Assembly: GCA_964574875.1 (NCBI GenBank)
Contig: CAZNOX010000005.1
Span: 17,150 to 81,149, forward strand
Length of the DNA stretch: 64,000 nucleotides
Source of the DNA: an uncultured bacterium
GTDB taxonomy: Bacteria > Macinerneyibacteriota > Macinerneyibacteria > Macinerneyibacteriales > DSCS01
Direction: 5' to 3'
Shown piece after piece: positions 1 through 10,007 of this stretch. Under the pieces are notes generated by a model. It searched no databases and was not told the origin of the DNA. It was given only the letters and a program-made list of their open reading frames with translations. Within the stretch, counting starts at the first letter, position 1. Each line of letters opens with the position of its first letter. The position numbers and the translations under genes are program-made.

Positions 1-1
1 T

Positions 2-2404
2 TTTGTCAACAGGTACCGCTGCCTGGACGGGACATACCGATGGCTGGAGTGGCGCTCTTTCCCCGTCGGGGAGCTGATCTATGCCGCTGCGCGGGACATC
101 ACCCGTCATATCCAGTCACGACGGGCGCTTGAGCGGTTCCAGGATGTCATGAACAACAGCCTGAACGAGATCTATATCGCCGACGCATCATCGTTCACGT
201 TCACCTTTGTGAGCGCCGGAGCCCAGGAGAACCTGGGCTACAGCGAAAAGGAACTCTACACCATGACACCGTTCGGGATCAACAGCCCTCATCAGAAAAA
301 AGTCCTTGAAAATCATTTTAAAGAGCTGAAGAAGGGAAAAGAGAAAAAGATCCTTTTCACAACGGATCATTTCCGTAAAGACGGATCATCCTACCCGGCG
401 GAAGTCCATCTGCAGTATCTTCAAAAAGATGACTCCTCTTTCTATCTGGGAATCGTCATGGATGTGACGGAAAAACGCCGCTGGCAGAAGACGCTTGAGG
501 AGAGTGAGGAGCGCTACAGGCGCCTTGCGGAAAATGCCGATGATATCATCTACCGGGTGGAGATCCTTCCCGAACAGAAGTTTACTTTTGTGAACCAGGC
601 GGTAGAGAAGATCACCGGCTATACGCCGCGGGAACACTACGACGACCCCGGCCTGGGGCTGAGGATCGTCCACCCCGAAGACCGTCACCTGGTCGAAGAG
701 GGGTGGAAAGACAAGACGTTTTTCAACCGCCCGGTCAGGCTCCGCTGGATCACAAAAGAGGGAAGAACTGTCTGGACGGAGCAGCATAATGTCCCCCTTT
801 ATGATGAAAAAGGCCGGCTGACCGCCATCGAGGGGATCGCCAGGGATATCACTGAGCGGATGGAGATGGTGGACCGGCTCAATAATGAGAAAAAGCGCTT
901 TGAAGTCACACTCTACAGTATCGGTGATGCTGTTGTGGCCACCGATATACGGGGGCAGGTCACTCTGATGAATCCCGTGGCCGAAGAGCTGCTTGAGGTT
1001 CGCCAGGAAGAGGCTCAGGGCCTTCCCCTGGACGATATCTTTTTCACAGTTGATGAAGGGGGGCGGGGCCCCCTTGAAAGCCCGGTGTACAGGATTCTCA
1101 ATAAGAGAGAAAAAAGTGTGACGTTCCCCTCCTGTCTTCTCATCGGAAAAGAGAGCAAAGAGACCCTGATCGAGGCTTCGGCTTTCCCCATTGCCGTGGG
1201 AGAGGAGGCCCCTTCCGGGGCTGTCCTTGTCTTTCGGGATATTTCTGAAAAACGACGAGCCCAGGACCACCTCATCAGAACGCAACGCCTGGAATCCCTG
1301 GGCCTCCTCGCCGGGCGCATCGCCCATGATTTCAACAATCTTCTGGGGGGGCTTTTCGGCTACATCGATATCGCAAGACAGCGGATCCAGGACGGTGATG
1401 CTGAAAAGGGGGTCGCCTATCTGGATAAAGCTCAATCCGTCTACGAGCGTGTCCGTGCGCTCACAGGGCGTTTTCTCACATTTTCAAAAGGGGGGAGCCC
1501 TGTGAGAACGGCGGGAGACCTCCGGCCTGTGATCACCAAGGCCCTGGAGATCGCATTGACAGGGACGGGAGTCTCCGTACAGAGGGAGATGGAGGAGTCC
1601 CTCTGGCCGGTGGAATTTGACGAAGGACAGATCAGCCAGGTCTTTATCAACCTCTTTCAAAATGCTCTTCAGGCGATGAAAGAGAACGGGACGCTTCATG
1701 TCCGCGCTTCCAACCGTGAGATGGACCCGTCATCGGATCTCTCTCTGCCGTCAGGGCGCTATATCGTCGTGGACGTGGAAGATGACGGCGAGGGGATCCC
1801 GGCCCAATACCTGAAAAAAGTCTTTGACCCCTTCTTTACCACGCGGAAAACCGGCAGCGGGCTGGGCCTGACCACAAGTGACTCGATCATCAACCGGCAC
1901 GGAGGGGCCATCAGGGTCCGCTCTGTCCTGGGTGAGGGCAGTCTTTTTACCGTCTTTCTGCCGGCTTCTGAAAAGGCATCACTCCGTTCTCCCCAGGGGG
2001 AAGAGCAGCGCTTCCGCGGGGAGGGCCGGGCTCTGGTCCTGGATGACGAGCCGTCCATCCGGGAGGTGACCGGGGAGATGCTTCAGAGCATGGGATTCAC
2101 CGTAGATGAGGCCGAGGAGGGGGGTCAGGCCCTGGAGATGATCATTTCAGCTGCGAAGGCCTCCCTGCCCTACACTCTGATCGTTGCAGACCTGACGATC
2201 CCTGCGGGGAAAAGCGGAAAAGAGATCATCGGGGATATCCGCCACATCCATCCGGATATCCCTGTGATCGTCTCCACGGGCTACTCAGAGGATCCCATTC
2301 TCAACAACCCCGCAGAATACGGTTTCACAGCCGGCCTGTTCAAACCCTTTACCCTTGATGATGTGAGCGGGATATTAAGACGTATCTTCGAAAAAAGGAC
2401 ATAG
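2..2404 (+). CDS. Hybrid sensor histidine kinase/response regulator with multiple PAS domains (5' end outside window)
   Basis: Reading frame is open from nt 2 and encodes a PAS tail (RYRCLDGTYRWLEWRSFPV) before the first ATG at 149, so the gene starts upstream of the window. Further PAS repeats, HisKA H-box (IAHDFNNLLGG), HATPase_c G-boxes (DDGEGI, GSGLGL) and a C-terminal REC domain (LVLDDEPSIREV, ADLTIP). Confidence 0.85.
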   Translation, partial: FVNRYRCLDGTYRWLEWRSFPVGELIYAAARDITRHIQSRRALERFQDVMNNSLNEIYIADASSFTFTFVSAGAQENLGYSEKELYTMTPFGINSPHQKKVLENHFKELKKGKEKKILFTTDHFRKDGSSYPAEVHLQYLQKDDSSFYLGIVMDVTEKRRWQKTLEESEERYRRLAENADDIIYRVEILPEQKFTFVNQAVEKITGYTPREHYDDPGLGLRIVHPEDRHLVEEGWKDKTFFNRPVRLRWITKEGRTVWTEQHNVPLYDEKGRLTAIEGIARDITERMEMVDRLNNEKKRFEVTLYSIGDAVVATDIRGQVTLMNPVAEELLEVRQEEAQGLPLDDIFFTVDEGGRGPLESPVYRILNKREKSVTFPSCLLIGKESKETLIEASAFPIAVGEEAPSGAVLVFRDISEKRRAQDHLIRTQRLESLGLLAGRIAHDFNNLLGGLFGYIDIARQRIQDGDAEKGVAYLDKAQSVYERVRALTGRFLTFSKGGSPVRTAGDLRPVITKALEIALTGTGVSVQREMEESLWPVEFDEGQISQVFINLFQNALQAMKENGTLHVRASNREMDPSSDLSLPSGRYIVVDVEDDGEGIPAQYLKKVFDPFFTTRKTGSGLGLTTSDSIINRHGGAIRVRSVLGEGSLFTVFLPASEKASLRSPQGEEQRFRGEGRALVLDDEPSIREVTGEMLQSMGFTVDEAEEGGQALEMIISAAKASLPYTLIVADLTIPAGKSGKEIIGDIRHIHPDIPVIVSTGYSEDPILNNPAEYGFTAGLFKPFTLDDVSGILRRIFEKRT

Positions 2405-2405
2405 G

Positions 2406-3491
2406 TCAACGCTTTTGACGTTTTTGAAAATGAAGGCTGTCTCCCCAGTCTCCGTAACAGACCGTTTCCCCCAGGGCTTCCACAGCCTGTTCCAGATTGA
2501 TCCTCTGCTCCAGGGCATTTTCATCCAGTCCGGGTTTATGATCATAGAGCTGATACCCTCTGCGGTAGGCCAGGTCGGTGACGTTGGGCATGATGATATT
2601 CGCTCCTGCACGGAGCCCCAGCTCCCGCCCAGCCGGGGAGAGGGCCTGAAGAGCTGTGGTGGCGGCAATATTGACATCTTTTAACACAATGCGGACCAGG
2701 GCGATCATCTTCAGCCCCAGTGTGAGCTGTCTCACCGGATCGAAGGAGAAAGCCTGCCCCAGAGGAGTCTCTTCATGGGGGATGTAGGGGCCCATTCCCA
2801 CCATATCCACGTCGGTCTCCTTGAGGAAGAGGATGTCCCCTGCCATGTCATCCAGAGTCTGGCCGGGGGCTCCGATGAGAAAACCGGTCCCCACCTGGTA
2901 TCCGCTGCGGCGGAGAAAGCCCAGGCAGCGCCTGCGCTCTTCCCAGGAGTGGTTCCGGGGATGAAGCTCTGCATACAGGCGCGGGTTGGATGTCTCGATA
3001 CGCAGGAGATAGCGGTGAGCACCGGCCTGAAACCACCGGTCGTAAGTCTCCCGGTCCTGCTCTCCCACAGAGAGGGTGATGCCGAGAGTTCCCCTGGAGA
3101 GGCTTTTGATCTCTTTGAGAAGGTATTCGATCTTCTCCGTGAACGCCGGGTCCCGGCGCTCGCCTGACTGAAGGACAAGAGAGCCGTAATGATTGTCGTA
3201 GCACCAGCGGGCTTCCCGGAGGATCTCCTCTTCAGTGAGTTCATAACGCTTCACCAGGGGATTGCTTTTGCGGATCCCGCAATAATAACAGTCTTTTGTG
3301 CAGATATTGGAAAACTCGATGATCCCCCTGAAATAGACACGGCGCCCGACTTCGGACGTCTTGACCCTGTAGGCATAGCGGGAGAGGGCTTCAAGACATG
3401 CAGGATCATCATCGGCCAGGAGTCGGCGCAGTCCCTCGCGGGTGGGCTTCAGTCTCATACTTTCCAGGATGGTGTCGTATGCTCCGGACAT
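2406..3491 (-). CDS. Radical SAM protein, HydE/BioB-like
   Basis: CxxxCxxC cluster (SNICTKDCYYCGIRKSNPLVKRYELTEEEIL) matches the HydE-type N-terminus. Track start 3650 is over-extended; the internal ATG at 3491 is preceded by GGAGG and yields about 361 aa. Convergent with the upstream kinase, leaving a 1-nt gap. Confidence 0.7.
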   Translation of the reverse strand: MSGAYDTILESMRLKPTREGLRRLLADDDPACLEALSRYAYRVKTSEVGRRVYFRGIIEFSNICTKDCYYCGIRKSNPLVKRYELTEEEILREARWCYDNHYGSLVLQSGERRDPAFTEKIEYLLKEIKSLSRGTLGITLSVGEQDRETYDRWFQAGAHRYLLRIETSNPRLYAELHPRNHSWEERRRCLGFLRRSGYQVGTGFLIGAPGQTLDDMAGDILFLKETDVDMVGMGPYIPHEETPLGQAFSFDPVRQLTLGLKMIALVRIVLKDVNIAATTALQALSPAGRELGLRAGANIIMPNVTDLAYRRGYQLYDHKPGLDENALEQRINLEQAVEALGETVCYGDWGDSLHFQKRQKR

Positions 3492-3639
3492 CTCGTTCTC
3501 CCTTCCCCTCCACCATAACGGAAGAAGAGGAAAAAGCAAGAGAATTATTATATGATAACTAACAATAAGGAGAGGCTGTCCTCTGAGATTGACGGTGTTC
3601 CTCTTCTGTGATAGGCTTTTAGAGATGAAGGAGGTTCCT

Positions 3640-4035
3640 ATGCTTGTCAAAAAGTATCAAGAGGTCCCTGAAGAAAAAGTCGGGGCTGAGGGCGCTCAAG
3701 GCGCCTGGATCCGCTGGCTCGTCTCTGATAAAGAGAAGGCTCCCTGTTTTGCCATGAGGCAGTTCCGTATTGAAAAGGGAGGATCCACCCCTTTCCACAG
3801 CCATGAATGGGAGCACGAGATGTATGTCCTTGAGGGAGAGGGTGCAGCTGTCTCACAGGAGGGGGAAAAGCCCCTTAGCCGGGGGGTCTTCATGTATATT
3901 GCTCCCGGTGAGAAACATCAGTTTGTCAACAGAGGCGAGGGAGACCTCCATTTTCTCTGTATGATCCCCCTTCCCGGGCGGTGTCCTTCTGAACAGGAGA
4001 CGCCTGCAAAGGCAAAACCGGGCCATTCATGCTGA
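3640..4035 (+). CDS. Cupin domain protein
   Basis: Cupin motifs (FHSHEWEHEMYVLEGEG ... APGEKHQFVN). ATG at 3640 preceded by GAAGGAGG. Confidence 0.65.
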   Translation: MLVKKYQEVPEEKVGAEGAQGAWIRWLVSDKEKAPCFAMRQFRIEKGGSTPFHSHEWEHEMYVLEGEGAAVSQEGEKPLSRGVFMYIAPGEKHQFVNRGEGDLHFLCMIPLPGRCPSEQETPAKAKPGHSC

Positions 4036-4730
4036 TCTACGGAAAGAATACTGTCCGGGAGGTCCTCAGGCTCTCTCCCCATCTGGTGAAAAAAGTCTTT
4101 TTTTCACCGGGGAAAGACAGCCTTATCCCCGCCGGACACAGGGCTCTTTCCGAAGAGCGGGACAGGGCCTTCTTCGAGGAGTCTCTTTCCGGCCTCCGGC
4201 ATCAGGGGATCGCAGCAGAGATTGCTCCTCCCCCCATCCACGATACAGGCTATCTGGAGGAGGTGATGAGCCCCTCCTCTCTTTTTCTTCTCCTGGACGG
4301 TATACAGGATCCCATGAATCTGGGGAGTATCCTCAGGACCGCATTCGGAATGGGGCTCGATGCCGTGGTCCTCACAGCCGACAGGACCGTTGATGTGACC
4401 CCTGCGGTCTTTTCAGCATCATCGGGGTATGCAGGAGCTCTTCCCCTGGTTCGGATGAAAAACCCCGCAAATTCAGTCAAACAGCTGAAAAAAAAGGGAT
4501 TATGGGTGGCTGCCGCCCATATGCACGGAGAGACCGAGATCGGAGACTCCTCGTTTTCACCGGCCTTTCCTTTGCTGCTGTGCATGGGCAGTGAGGGAAG
4601 CGGAGTCCGCAGGACATTCATCAGAGAAGCTGACTACTCAGTCCGGATTCCCCAGAGAGACGGTTTTGATTCTTATAATGTGAGTGTCGCCGCGGCCATC
4701 CTCCTCTGGGAGCTGAACCGCCTAAGATAA
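4029..4730 (+). CDS. TrmH/SpoU-family RNA 2'-O-methyltransferase (RlmB-like)
   Basis: SpoU methylase motifs (LLDGIQDPMNLGSILRTA, LLCMGSEGSGV ... RIPQ ... SYNVSVAAAILLWE). Confidence 0.75.
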   Translation: MLIYGKNTVREVLRLSPHLVKKVFFSPGKDSLIPAGHRALSEERDRAFFEESLSGLRHQGIAAEIAPPPIHDTGYLEEVMSPSSLFLLLDGIQDPMNLGSILRTAFGMGLDAVVLTADRTVDVTPAVFSASSGYAGALPLVRMKNPANSVKQLKKKGLWVAAAHMHGETEIGDSSFSPAFPLLLCMGSEGSGVRRTFIREADYSVRIPQRDGFDSYNVSVAAAILLWELNRLR

Positions 4731-6059
4731 TCCGTACTTTTCCATTTTATTATAGAGAGTGCTTCGGGCGATGCCCAGGATCCGGGCGGCTTTTGCCCTG
4801 TTCCCTCCGGTCTTGTCCAGGGCCTGCCTGATGAGCTCCTTTTCACCGGACTCCAGGGAGAGAGAATCCTCCCGGTGAGGAGATGAGGAGAAAGCCGAAG
4901 GCTCCGGAGTCTTCTCTCTCAACGAAACGGGAAGGGACTCCTCTGTGATGACCCTTTTTCGAGAGAGGATGGCCATGGATTCCACCAGATTCCTCAATTC
5001 ACGGACATTCCCCGGCCAGGAGTACCGGAGAAAGAAATCCCGGACTTCACGGGAAAACCCCTGGATCTCTTTTCCGTATTTTGCCGTGAACTCCTCGAGG
5101 AAAAAGTTTGAGAGGAGGATGATATCTTCCGGACGCTCGCGCAGGGGAGGAAGATGGAGGGAGATAACGTTGAGGCGGTAATAGAGGTCCTCTCGGAACA
5201 GGCCCCGTTCCATGAGTTCTTCAAGGGGCTGATGCGTAGCCGAGACCACCCGGACATCAGCTCTTTTCTTCTCGTGACTCCCGAGACGCTCCACCTCCTT
5301 TTCCTGGAGGACCCTGAGGACCTTGGCCTGCAGGGGAAGCGCCATATCTCCGATCTCATCAAGAAGCAAGGTGCCTTGATGGGCATATTCGAATTTCCCC
5401 GGTTTGCTTTCTAAGGCCCCTGTAAAAGCCCCTTTCTCATATCCGAAAAGTTCCGATTCAAGAAGAGATTCAGGAAGGGCTGCACAGTTGATGGTGACAA
5501 GTTTTTCGCTGCTCCGGAGACTCAGGCGGTGGATAAGCCGGGCGATGATCTCTTTTCCCGTCCCTGTCTCTCCCCTGATGAGGATGAAGGCATCTGTAGG
5601 GGCCACTTGTCTCACCAGTTCGTAGACTGCTTCCATCCTGGGAGACGCTGTTAAAAAGGATCCGTCACGGATCAGGGGCGTTTTCTCCACTTCCGGGAGC
5701 GGAGACGGGCTTTTCCCCAGGGATATGAGAAGCTCTTCTGCGGAATACGGTTTTTTGATGATGATGCGGGGAAGGGCGGAGATGAACGGGGTCAGGGAAT
5801 CAGCCGACAAGGGAGAGAGAAGAATGGGGTCGATCTCGGGGTAGTGTTCCCGGCACCATTGAAGAGTCTGATCAAGACGGCTGATGTCAAAATTGAGATC
5901 GATAATGACCTGAGTGACATCCCTTGGAAGATCCCCTGTGCGGGACAGGGAGAGGAGGGGATGGAGGAGATAACCCTTTTCATCAAGAAGAGGCTGCAGA
6001 AACGGAAGGTCTTTTTCTGTACGGGTGATGAAAAGGATGGTCTCAGCGGTCTTTTTCAT
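4722..6059 (-). CDS. Sigma-54 dependent transcriptional activator (NtrC family)
   Basis: AAA+ Walker A GETGTGKE, GAFTGA motif (EKGAFTGA), C-terminal Fis-type HTH (AARILGIARSTLYNKM). Track start 6101 lacks an SD; the ATG at 6059 is preceded by ACAGGAGA. Confidence 0.85.
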   Translation of the reverse strand: MKKTAETILFITRTEKDLPFLQPLLDEKGYLLHPLLSLSRTGDLPRDVTQVIIDLNFDISRLDQTLQWCREHYPEIDPILLSPLSADSLTPFISALPRIIIKKPYSAEELLISLGKSPSPLPEVEKTPLIRDGSFLTASPRMEAVYELVRQVAPTDAFILIRGETGTGKEIIARLIHRLSLRSSEKLVTINCAALPESLLESELFGYEKGAFTGALESKPGKFEYAHQGTLLLDEIGDMALPLQAKVLRVLQEKEVERLGSHEKKRADVRVVSATHQPLEELMERGLFREDLYYRLNVISLHLPPLRERPEDIILLSNFFLEEFTAKYGKEIQGFSREVRDFFLRYSWPGNVRELRNLVESMAILSRKRVITEESLPVSLREKTPEPSAFSSSPHREDSLSLESGEKELIRQALDKTGGNRAKAARILGIARSTLYNKMEKYGLS

Positions 6060-7170
6060 GAAAGGTATCTCCTGTATAGGGGAGAGAGGGCTGGTTTTCA
6101 TCCCGACGGGGGAGGAGAAGAGTGAATGTGCGTCCTTCTCCGGGACGGCTTTTGATATTCAGCGATCCCAGGTGATGCGCCAGGATCCTCGCAGCCACAG
6201 AAAGGCCCATCCCCGGATGTTCCGGGTTGTCCGGGACGAAGGGATCAAAGAGAGTGTGAAGCCCCTCGCGTGAGAGAGCCGGCCCCTCGTCCTGAAAGAT
6301 GATAAGATAGTCCTCTTTTTCCGGTTTTGTGGCGATTATAATGGAGCCGTTCTCAGGTGTGGCATTCAAAGCATCGTCAAGGATGTGGCCCAGGGCTTCT
6401 TCAATGCTTTCGGGGTTTCCGTAAAGGGTCTTCCCGTCGCCGGCGAGGTTCCATTGGATCCGGATATTTTTTTCTGTGAGCTGAAACTGACGGGACCGGA
6501 TGATCTTGCGCAGGGCCTCTTCGGGAAAGAAGCGTCTGAAGACATAGGGATTGGATGTAAAGGAGCGGGTGAGGTCATGAAGGGTCCTGTCGATCTTATC
6601 GATATCTTCGGAGAGGATCGTCTTCTGCTCCGGGGAGCAGGCTGAGGACTCCCTGGGCAGGAGATCCAGGAAAAGGCGAAAACGGGATAACGGGTCATTG
6701 ACATGGATGTTGAAGAGGGTGACCAGCTGTCCTGTTGACCGGATGTTGTCCAGAAGAAGGCGGCGTGCATGGTAGAGGTCGGAGATATCACGGATATAGA
6801 CAAAGATGACCCCCTCTGAAGGCACGGGTTCGATGATCAGATGAAGGAAGGAGTCGTGATGCTCCACGATCCGGCTTTCGGAATAAGGATGGTCCCTGTT
6901 CAGGTCAAAGGGGCGTGATCCGTCCGAGAGGATCAGGTCGGAGATGTTTTTCCGGCCGGAGTCCAGTGTGAGAAGACTCTTTCCCTTCTCATTGGCATAG
7001 AGGATATGTCCGGCTCCTGTAAGGATCAGAAGGCCTTCGTTTATCCGGCTGAGCATATGACGGAACCGTTGGGTCTCCGTTTCCATGGCCTGAAAGATCC
7101 GCCTGATGTTCTCGTCGGAGAGGGACTCGATCTTTTTATCGATGAACTGGGAGAACCTGCCCTTATCCAT
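6043..7170 (-). CDS. PAS-domain sensor histidine kinase
   Basis: PAS-like N-terminus, HATPase_c boxes (IFQDEGPALSREGLHTLFDPF, GMGLSVAARI). Overlaps the sigma54 activator gene and probably pairs with it. Confidence 0.7.
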   Translation of the reverse strand: MDKGRFSQFIDKKIESLSDENIRRIFQAMETETQRFRHMLSRINEGLLILTGAGHILYANEKGKSLLTLDSGRKNISDLILSDGSRPFDLNRDHPYSESRIVEHHDSFLHLIIEPVPSEGVIFVYIRDISDLYHARRLLLDNIRSTGQLVTLFNIHVNDPLSRFRLFLDLLPRESSACSPEQKTILSEDIDKIDRTLHDLTRSFTSNPYVFRRFFPEEALRKIIRSRQFQLTEKNIRIQWNLAGDGKTLYGNPESIEEALGHILDDALNATPENGSIIIATKPEKEDYLIIFQDEGPALSREGLHTLFDPFVPDNPEHPGMGLSVAARILAHHLGSLNIKSRPGEGRTFTLLLPRRDENQPSLPYTGDTFHEKDR

Positions 7171-7274
7171 AACTTCTATTATAAGGAGGAGCCCCGGAGT
7201 GTCAATTGAGAAGTCTCCTGCAGGCTGTCATGCGGCCCTGCTTCGTTTTTTTTATGTGTCTCCCATTTATCGTA

Positions 7275-7303
7275 TTGACAAAAAAAAGGGCATATGGTAA
7301 TAT
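7275..7303 (+). promoter_or_regulatory. Sigma70-like promoter of the tRNA cluster (TTGACA-N17-TAATAT)
   Basis: TTGACA at 7275-7280, 17-nt spacer, TAATAT at 7298-7303, about 18 nt before tRNA-Gly. Confidence 0.5.
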
Positions 7304-7320
7304 GCTCCCGTCAAGTGAAA

Positions 7321-7393
7321 GCGGGTGTAGCTCAGTTGGTAGAGCACTACGTTGCCAACGTAGTCGTCGCCGGTTCGAGTCCGGTCACCCGCT
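7321..7393 (+). tRNA. tRNA-Gly (anticodon GCC)
   Basis: Cloverleaf: acceptor gcgggtg/cacccgc, D-arm agctcagttggtagagc, anticodon loop ttGCCaa, T-arm ggttcgagtcc. No encoded CCA. Confidence 0.85.
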
Positions 7394-7404
7394 TTTTTCA
7401 TTAT

Positions 7405-7476
7405 GGCAACGTAGCCAAGTGGTAAGGCAGTGGTCTGCAAAACCACTATTCACCGGTTCGAATCCGGTCGTTGCCT
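7405..7476 (+). tRNA. tRNA-Cys (anticodon GCA)
   Basis: Acceptor ggcaacg/cgttgcc, anticodon loop ctGCAaa, T-arm ggttcgaatcc. Confidence 0.85.
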
Positions 7477-7478
7477 TA

Positions 7479-7564
7479 GCCTGGGTGGCGGAATTGGTAG
7501 ACGCATCGGACTTAAAATCCGGTGGCAATTTTTTGCCGTGTCGGTTCGAGCCCGACCCTAGGCA
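7479..7564 (+). tRNA. tRNA-Leu (anticodon UAA), long variable arm
   Basis: Acceptor gcctggg/cctaggc, anticodon loop ctTAAaa, long extra arm, T-arm ggttcgagccc. 86 nt. Confidence 0.85.
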
Positions 7565-8799
7565 TCATCCTCACTCTTTTTTTCATTATACGCGATTCTG
7601 ACTTTTTTGACTTTGACAGGAGATGAATCGATCACTGTGAAACAGTAGTGTCCTGAGACAAGAGATTCCCCCTGGCGCGGTATCTTTCGCAGGGCCCTGA
7701 TCATATGGCCGGCGATGGTGTTCACATAAGGATCATCGATGTAGATCCCGAAATCGATGCGGAGCTGCTCCAGTGAGGTCTTGCCGTTCACGATCATGTC
7801 GATCTCTTTCTGAAGAGGAGCCGTGAGGATATTCTCCCTCTCTCCGAGGATCTCGTCGACGATCTCTTCCAGAGTGAGGACCCCGGCTAACGACCCGTAC
7901 TCATCAACCACCACAAGAAGGGTCTCGTCTTCGAAATAGGGGACAGCATCAAGGAGCGGGACGAGTTCCGGGATAAAGACAATATCACGCATGACTTCAG
8001 AGACCGGCAGGTCATTGTTATCGATATTCACAAGGTCACCGGGGACCGTGTATCCGATGAGGTGGGTATGTTTCCCGTGATAGAGAAGAAGAAACTCGTC
8101 GTTTGAAGCGATGAAGCGTTGTTTGATCTCTCCCACGGGGGTCTCTCCCGGGAGGGCAAGAGTCTCATTGATGGGAATGACCGCCTGATGCACCTTTTTT
8201 TCCTTGAACGAGAAGATCCGCTCGATAACGGTGGGATCCAGTTCCGGGATGATCCCGGCCATCTGGGAGGAGCTGATCACAGTAAAGAGCTCTTTTCTGC
8301 TGATGCTTTCGAGACGGTTTTCCGTCTGGATCCTGAGAAGCGCATAGATCCCTTTAAGCAGGCTTGTGAGAATGGCGCTCACCGGGAGGAAGAGGTAGCG
8401 GAAGAAGGCCAGCAGGGGATAAAGGCGGTATGCAAAGAAATGGGCCCGTTCTCTGAGAATATTCTTCGGGACGATCTCTCCGAAGATGACCATGATCGTG
8501 GTTCCTGCCACAGAACTGATGAGGGTCCCGTGGCGGGGGTAGATCTTGAGGAAGAGGACGGTCAGAAGGGAAGAGAAGACAAAGTTGCTGATGTTGTTCC
8601 CCACGAGGATGGTGCTGTAAAACCCTTCGATATCAGCCAGGAGCGACTTGATGGCTGTGCCCCGTTTTGAGCCTGTGTAGGCCAGAGTGTTGACCTTGAA
8701 CTTGTTCAGGGAGAGAAAAGCATTTTCTGTTCCCGAGAAAAAGGCGCTTAAAAAAACGGTTCCCGCGACAGCAAGAAGGAGGACGAGGTTTTCGGTCAT
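7558..8799 (-). CDS. CNNM/CorC/TlyC-family transporter (DUF21-CBS pair-CorC_HlyC)
   Basis: N-terminal DUF21 membrane domain (FFSGTENAFLSLN), CBS pair, C-terminal CorC/HlyC domain. The 3' end overlaps tRNA-Leu by about 7 nt on the opposite strand. Confidence 0.8.
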   Translation of the reverse strand: MTENLVLLLAVAGTVFLSAFFSGTENAFLSLNKFKVNTLAYTGSKRGTAIKSLLADIEGFYSTILVGNNISNFVFSSLLTVLFLKIYPRHGTLISSVAGTTIMVIFGEIVPKNILRERAHFFAYRLYPLLAFFRYLFLPVSAILTSLLKGIYALLRIQTENRLESISRKELFTVISSSQMAGIIPELDPTVIERIFSFKEKKVHQAVIPINETLALPGETPVGEIKQRFIASNDEFLLLYHGKHTHLIGYTVPGDLVNIDNNDLPVSEVMRDIVFIPELVPLLDAVPYFEDETLLVVVDEYGSLAGVLTLEEIVDEILGERENILTAPLQKEIDMIVNGKTSLEQLRIDFGIYIDDPYVNTIAGHMIRALRKIPRQGESLVSGHYCFTVIDSSPVKVKKVRIAYNEKKSEDDA

Positions 8800-10007
8800 G
8801 TGTCCCCTCTTTTCCTGATGATCTTGATGGTGTTGATCTTGTTCCTGGCCGCATCCGTGATGATGAATGTCGCCTCGGGAATGCTCAGGACCGTTCCCTT
8901 TTTCGGGATCTCCCCGGAAAGGTGTTCGATATACCCTCCGATGGTCTTGGCTTCGCTGTCATCCAGTTTCAGCCCCAGGAGCCTGTTGACCTGGGGAACG
9001 GGAGTGGCCGAATGGACGATGATGCTGTTCCTGGAGATCTTTTCATGGGCGATGTCAGGGTTGAGAGATGTGACATTCTGAAGAATATAGTGCATGATGT
9101 CATCATAGGTGAGGCTCCCTGTCACTGTTCCGTATTCGTCGACGATAAGAGCGACGGGGGTCGTCTTCAAGTCATGGATGATATCCTTGACTTTTTTCAG
9201 GGACGGGACGAAAAGGGGAGAAAGAAGCGGGGGGGCCGTGTGTCCGTCGGAGGCAAGAAGAGCCCCCGGGGTGAGGATCCCTTTGATGTGCTCATAATTG
9301 CCGTTGAAGACCACCAGGTAACTCGATTTCGTCCGGATAAACCTTTCCCTCACCTCGTCCACTGTCATCCCTGCGGGGATGAAAAGAGAGTGGTCGATAT
9401 TGTTCATGACATTTTTTAACGAAAAGAGCTGGATATTCAGCATGTTCACCAGGATCGTCTCTTCAACAGGGTCAAGAATAGAGGCATTCCCTTTTTTGAG
9501 GATGGTGATGACTTCGCTTTTTTTCAGCTGTTCCTCCCGGACAGGGATAAAATGAAGCGCGCCTTTGATCAGGGGACGGGTGATGAGTTCCGCCACGAGA
9601 ATAAAGGGCTTCAAAACAGAGATAAAAAGGGGAAGGAACGCACAGGTGATCCGTGCATAGGCCGTATTGAACCGGGCTGCGAAAGTCTTGGGGATGATCT
9701 CTCCGAAGATGAGGATCACCGTGGTCCCGAAGAGGATGGCATAGGTGATGCCCCGTGGCCCCATGGCGGTATAGAACGCCTTGGTGATCAGGGCTGCGGC
9801 CACCACGTTCACCAGGAGGTTTCCCAGGAGGATGGAGGTGAGAAGACGTCCAGGATTCGAGCGGAGTCTTTTGAGTTTTCGGCGTAATGCCTTCCCGGGG
9901 AGAGATTCGATCTCTGAATCAGAAAAGGAAAAAAGAGCTGTTTCAGAGCCGGAGAAGAGTCCGGACAGAAAGAGAAGGATAAGAAAACTTAAGGTGTACG
10001 ACCCCAT
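8796..10007 (-). CDS. CNNM/CorC/TlyC-family transporter, tandem paralog
   Basis: Same architecture as the downstream gene (LFSGSETALFSFS). Track start 10043 is TTG; the first ATG at 10007 (MGSYTLSFLILLF) is the likelier start. Confidence 0.75.
   Translation of the reverse strand: MGSYTLSFLILLFLSGLFSGSETALFSFSDSEIESLPGKALRRKLKRLRSNPGRLLTSILLGNLLVNVVAAALITKAFYTAMGPRGITYAILFGTTVILIFGEIIPKTFAARFNTAYARITCAFLPLFISVLKPFILVAELITRPLIKGALHFIPVREEQLKKSEVITILKKGNASILDPVEETILVNMLNIQLFSLKNVMNNIDHSLFIPAGMTVDEVRERFIRTKSSYLVVFNGNYEHIKGILTPGALLASDGHTAPPLLSPLFVPSLKKVKDIIHDLKTTPVALIVDEYGTVTGSLTYDDIMHYILQNVTSLNPDIAHEKISRNSIIVHSATPVPQVNRLLGLKLDDSEAKTIGGYIEHLSGEIPKKGTVLSIPEATFIITDAARNKINTIKIIRKRGDT

Noticed and set aside
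386-1435. 349-aa minus-strand ORF inside the hybrid kinase gene (plus nested 1015..1338 and 1191..1505 ORFs)
   Set aside because: Entirely antisense to or overlapping a well-supported multi-domain kinase. No motifs. Typical GC-rich shadow ORF.
7206-7601. 131-aa plus-strand ORF spanning 7206-7601
   Set aside because: It is read straight through the three tRNA genes (Gly, Cys, Leu), so it is a translation artefact.
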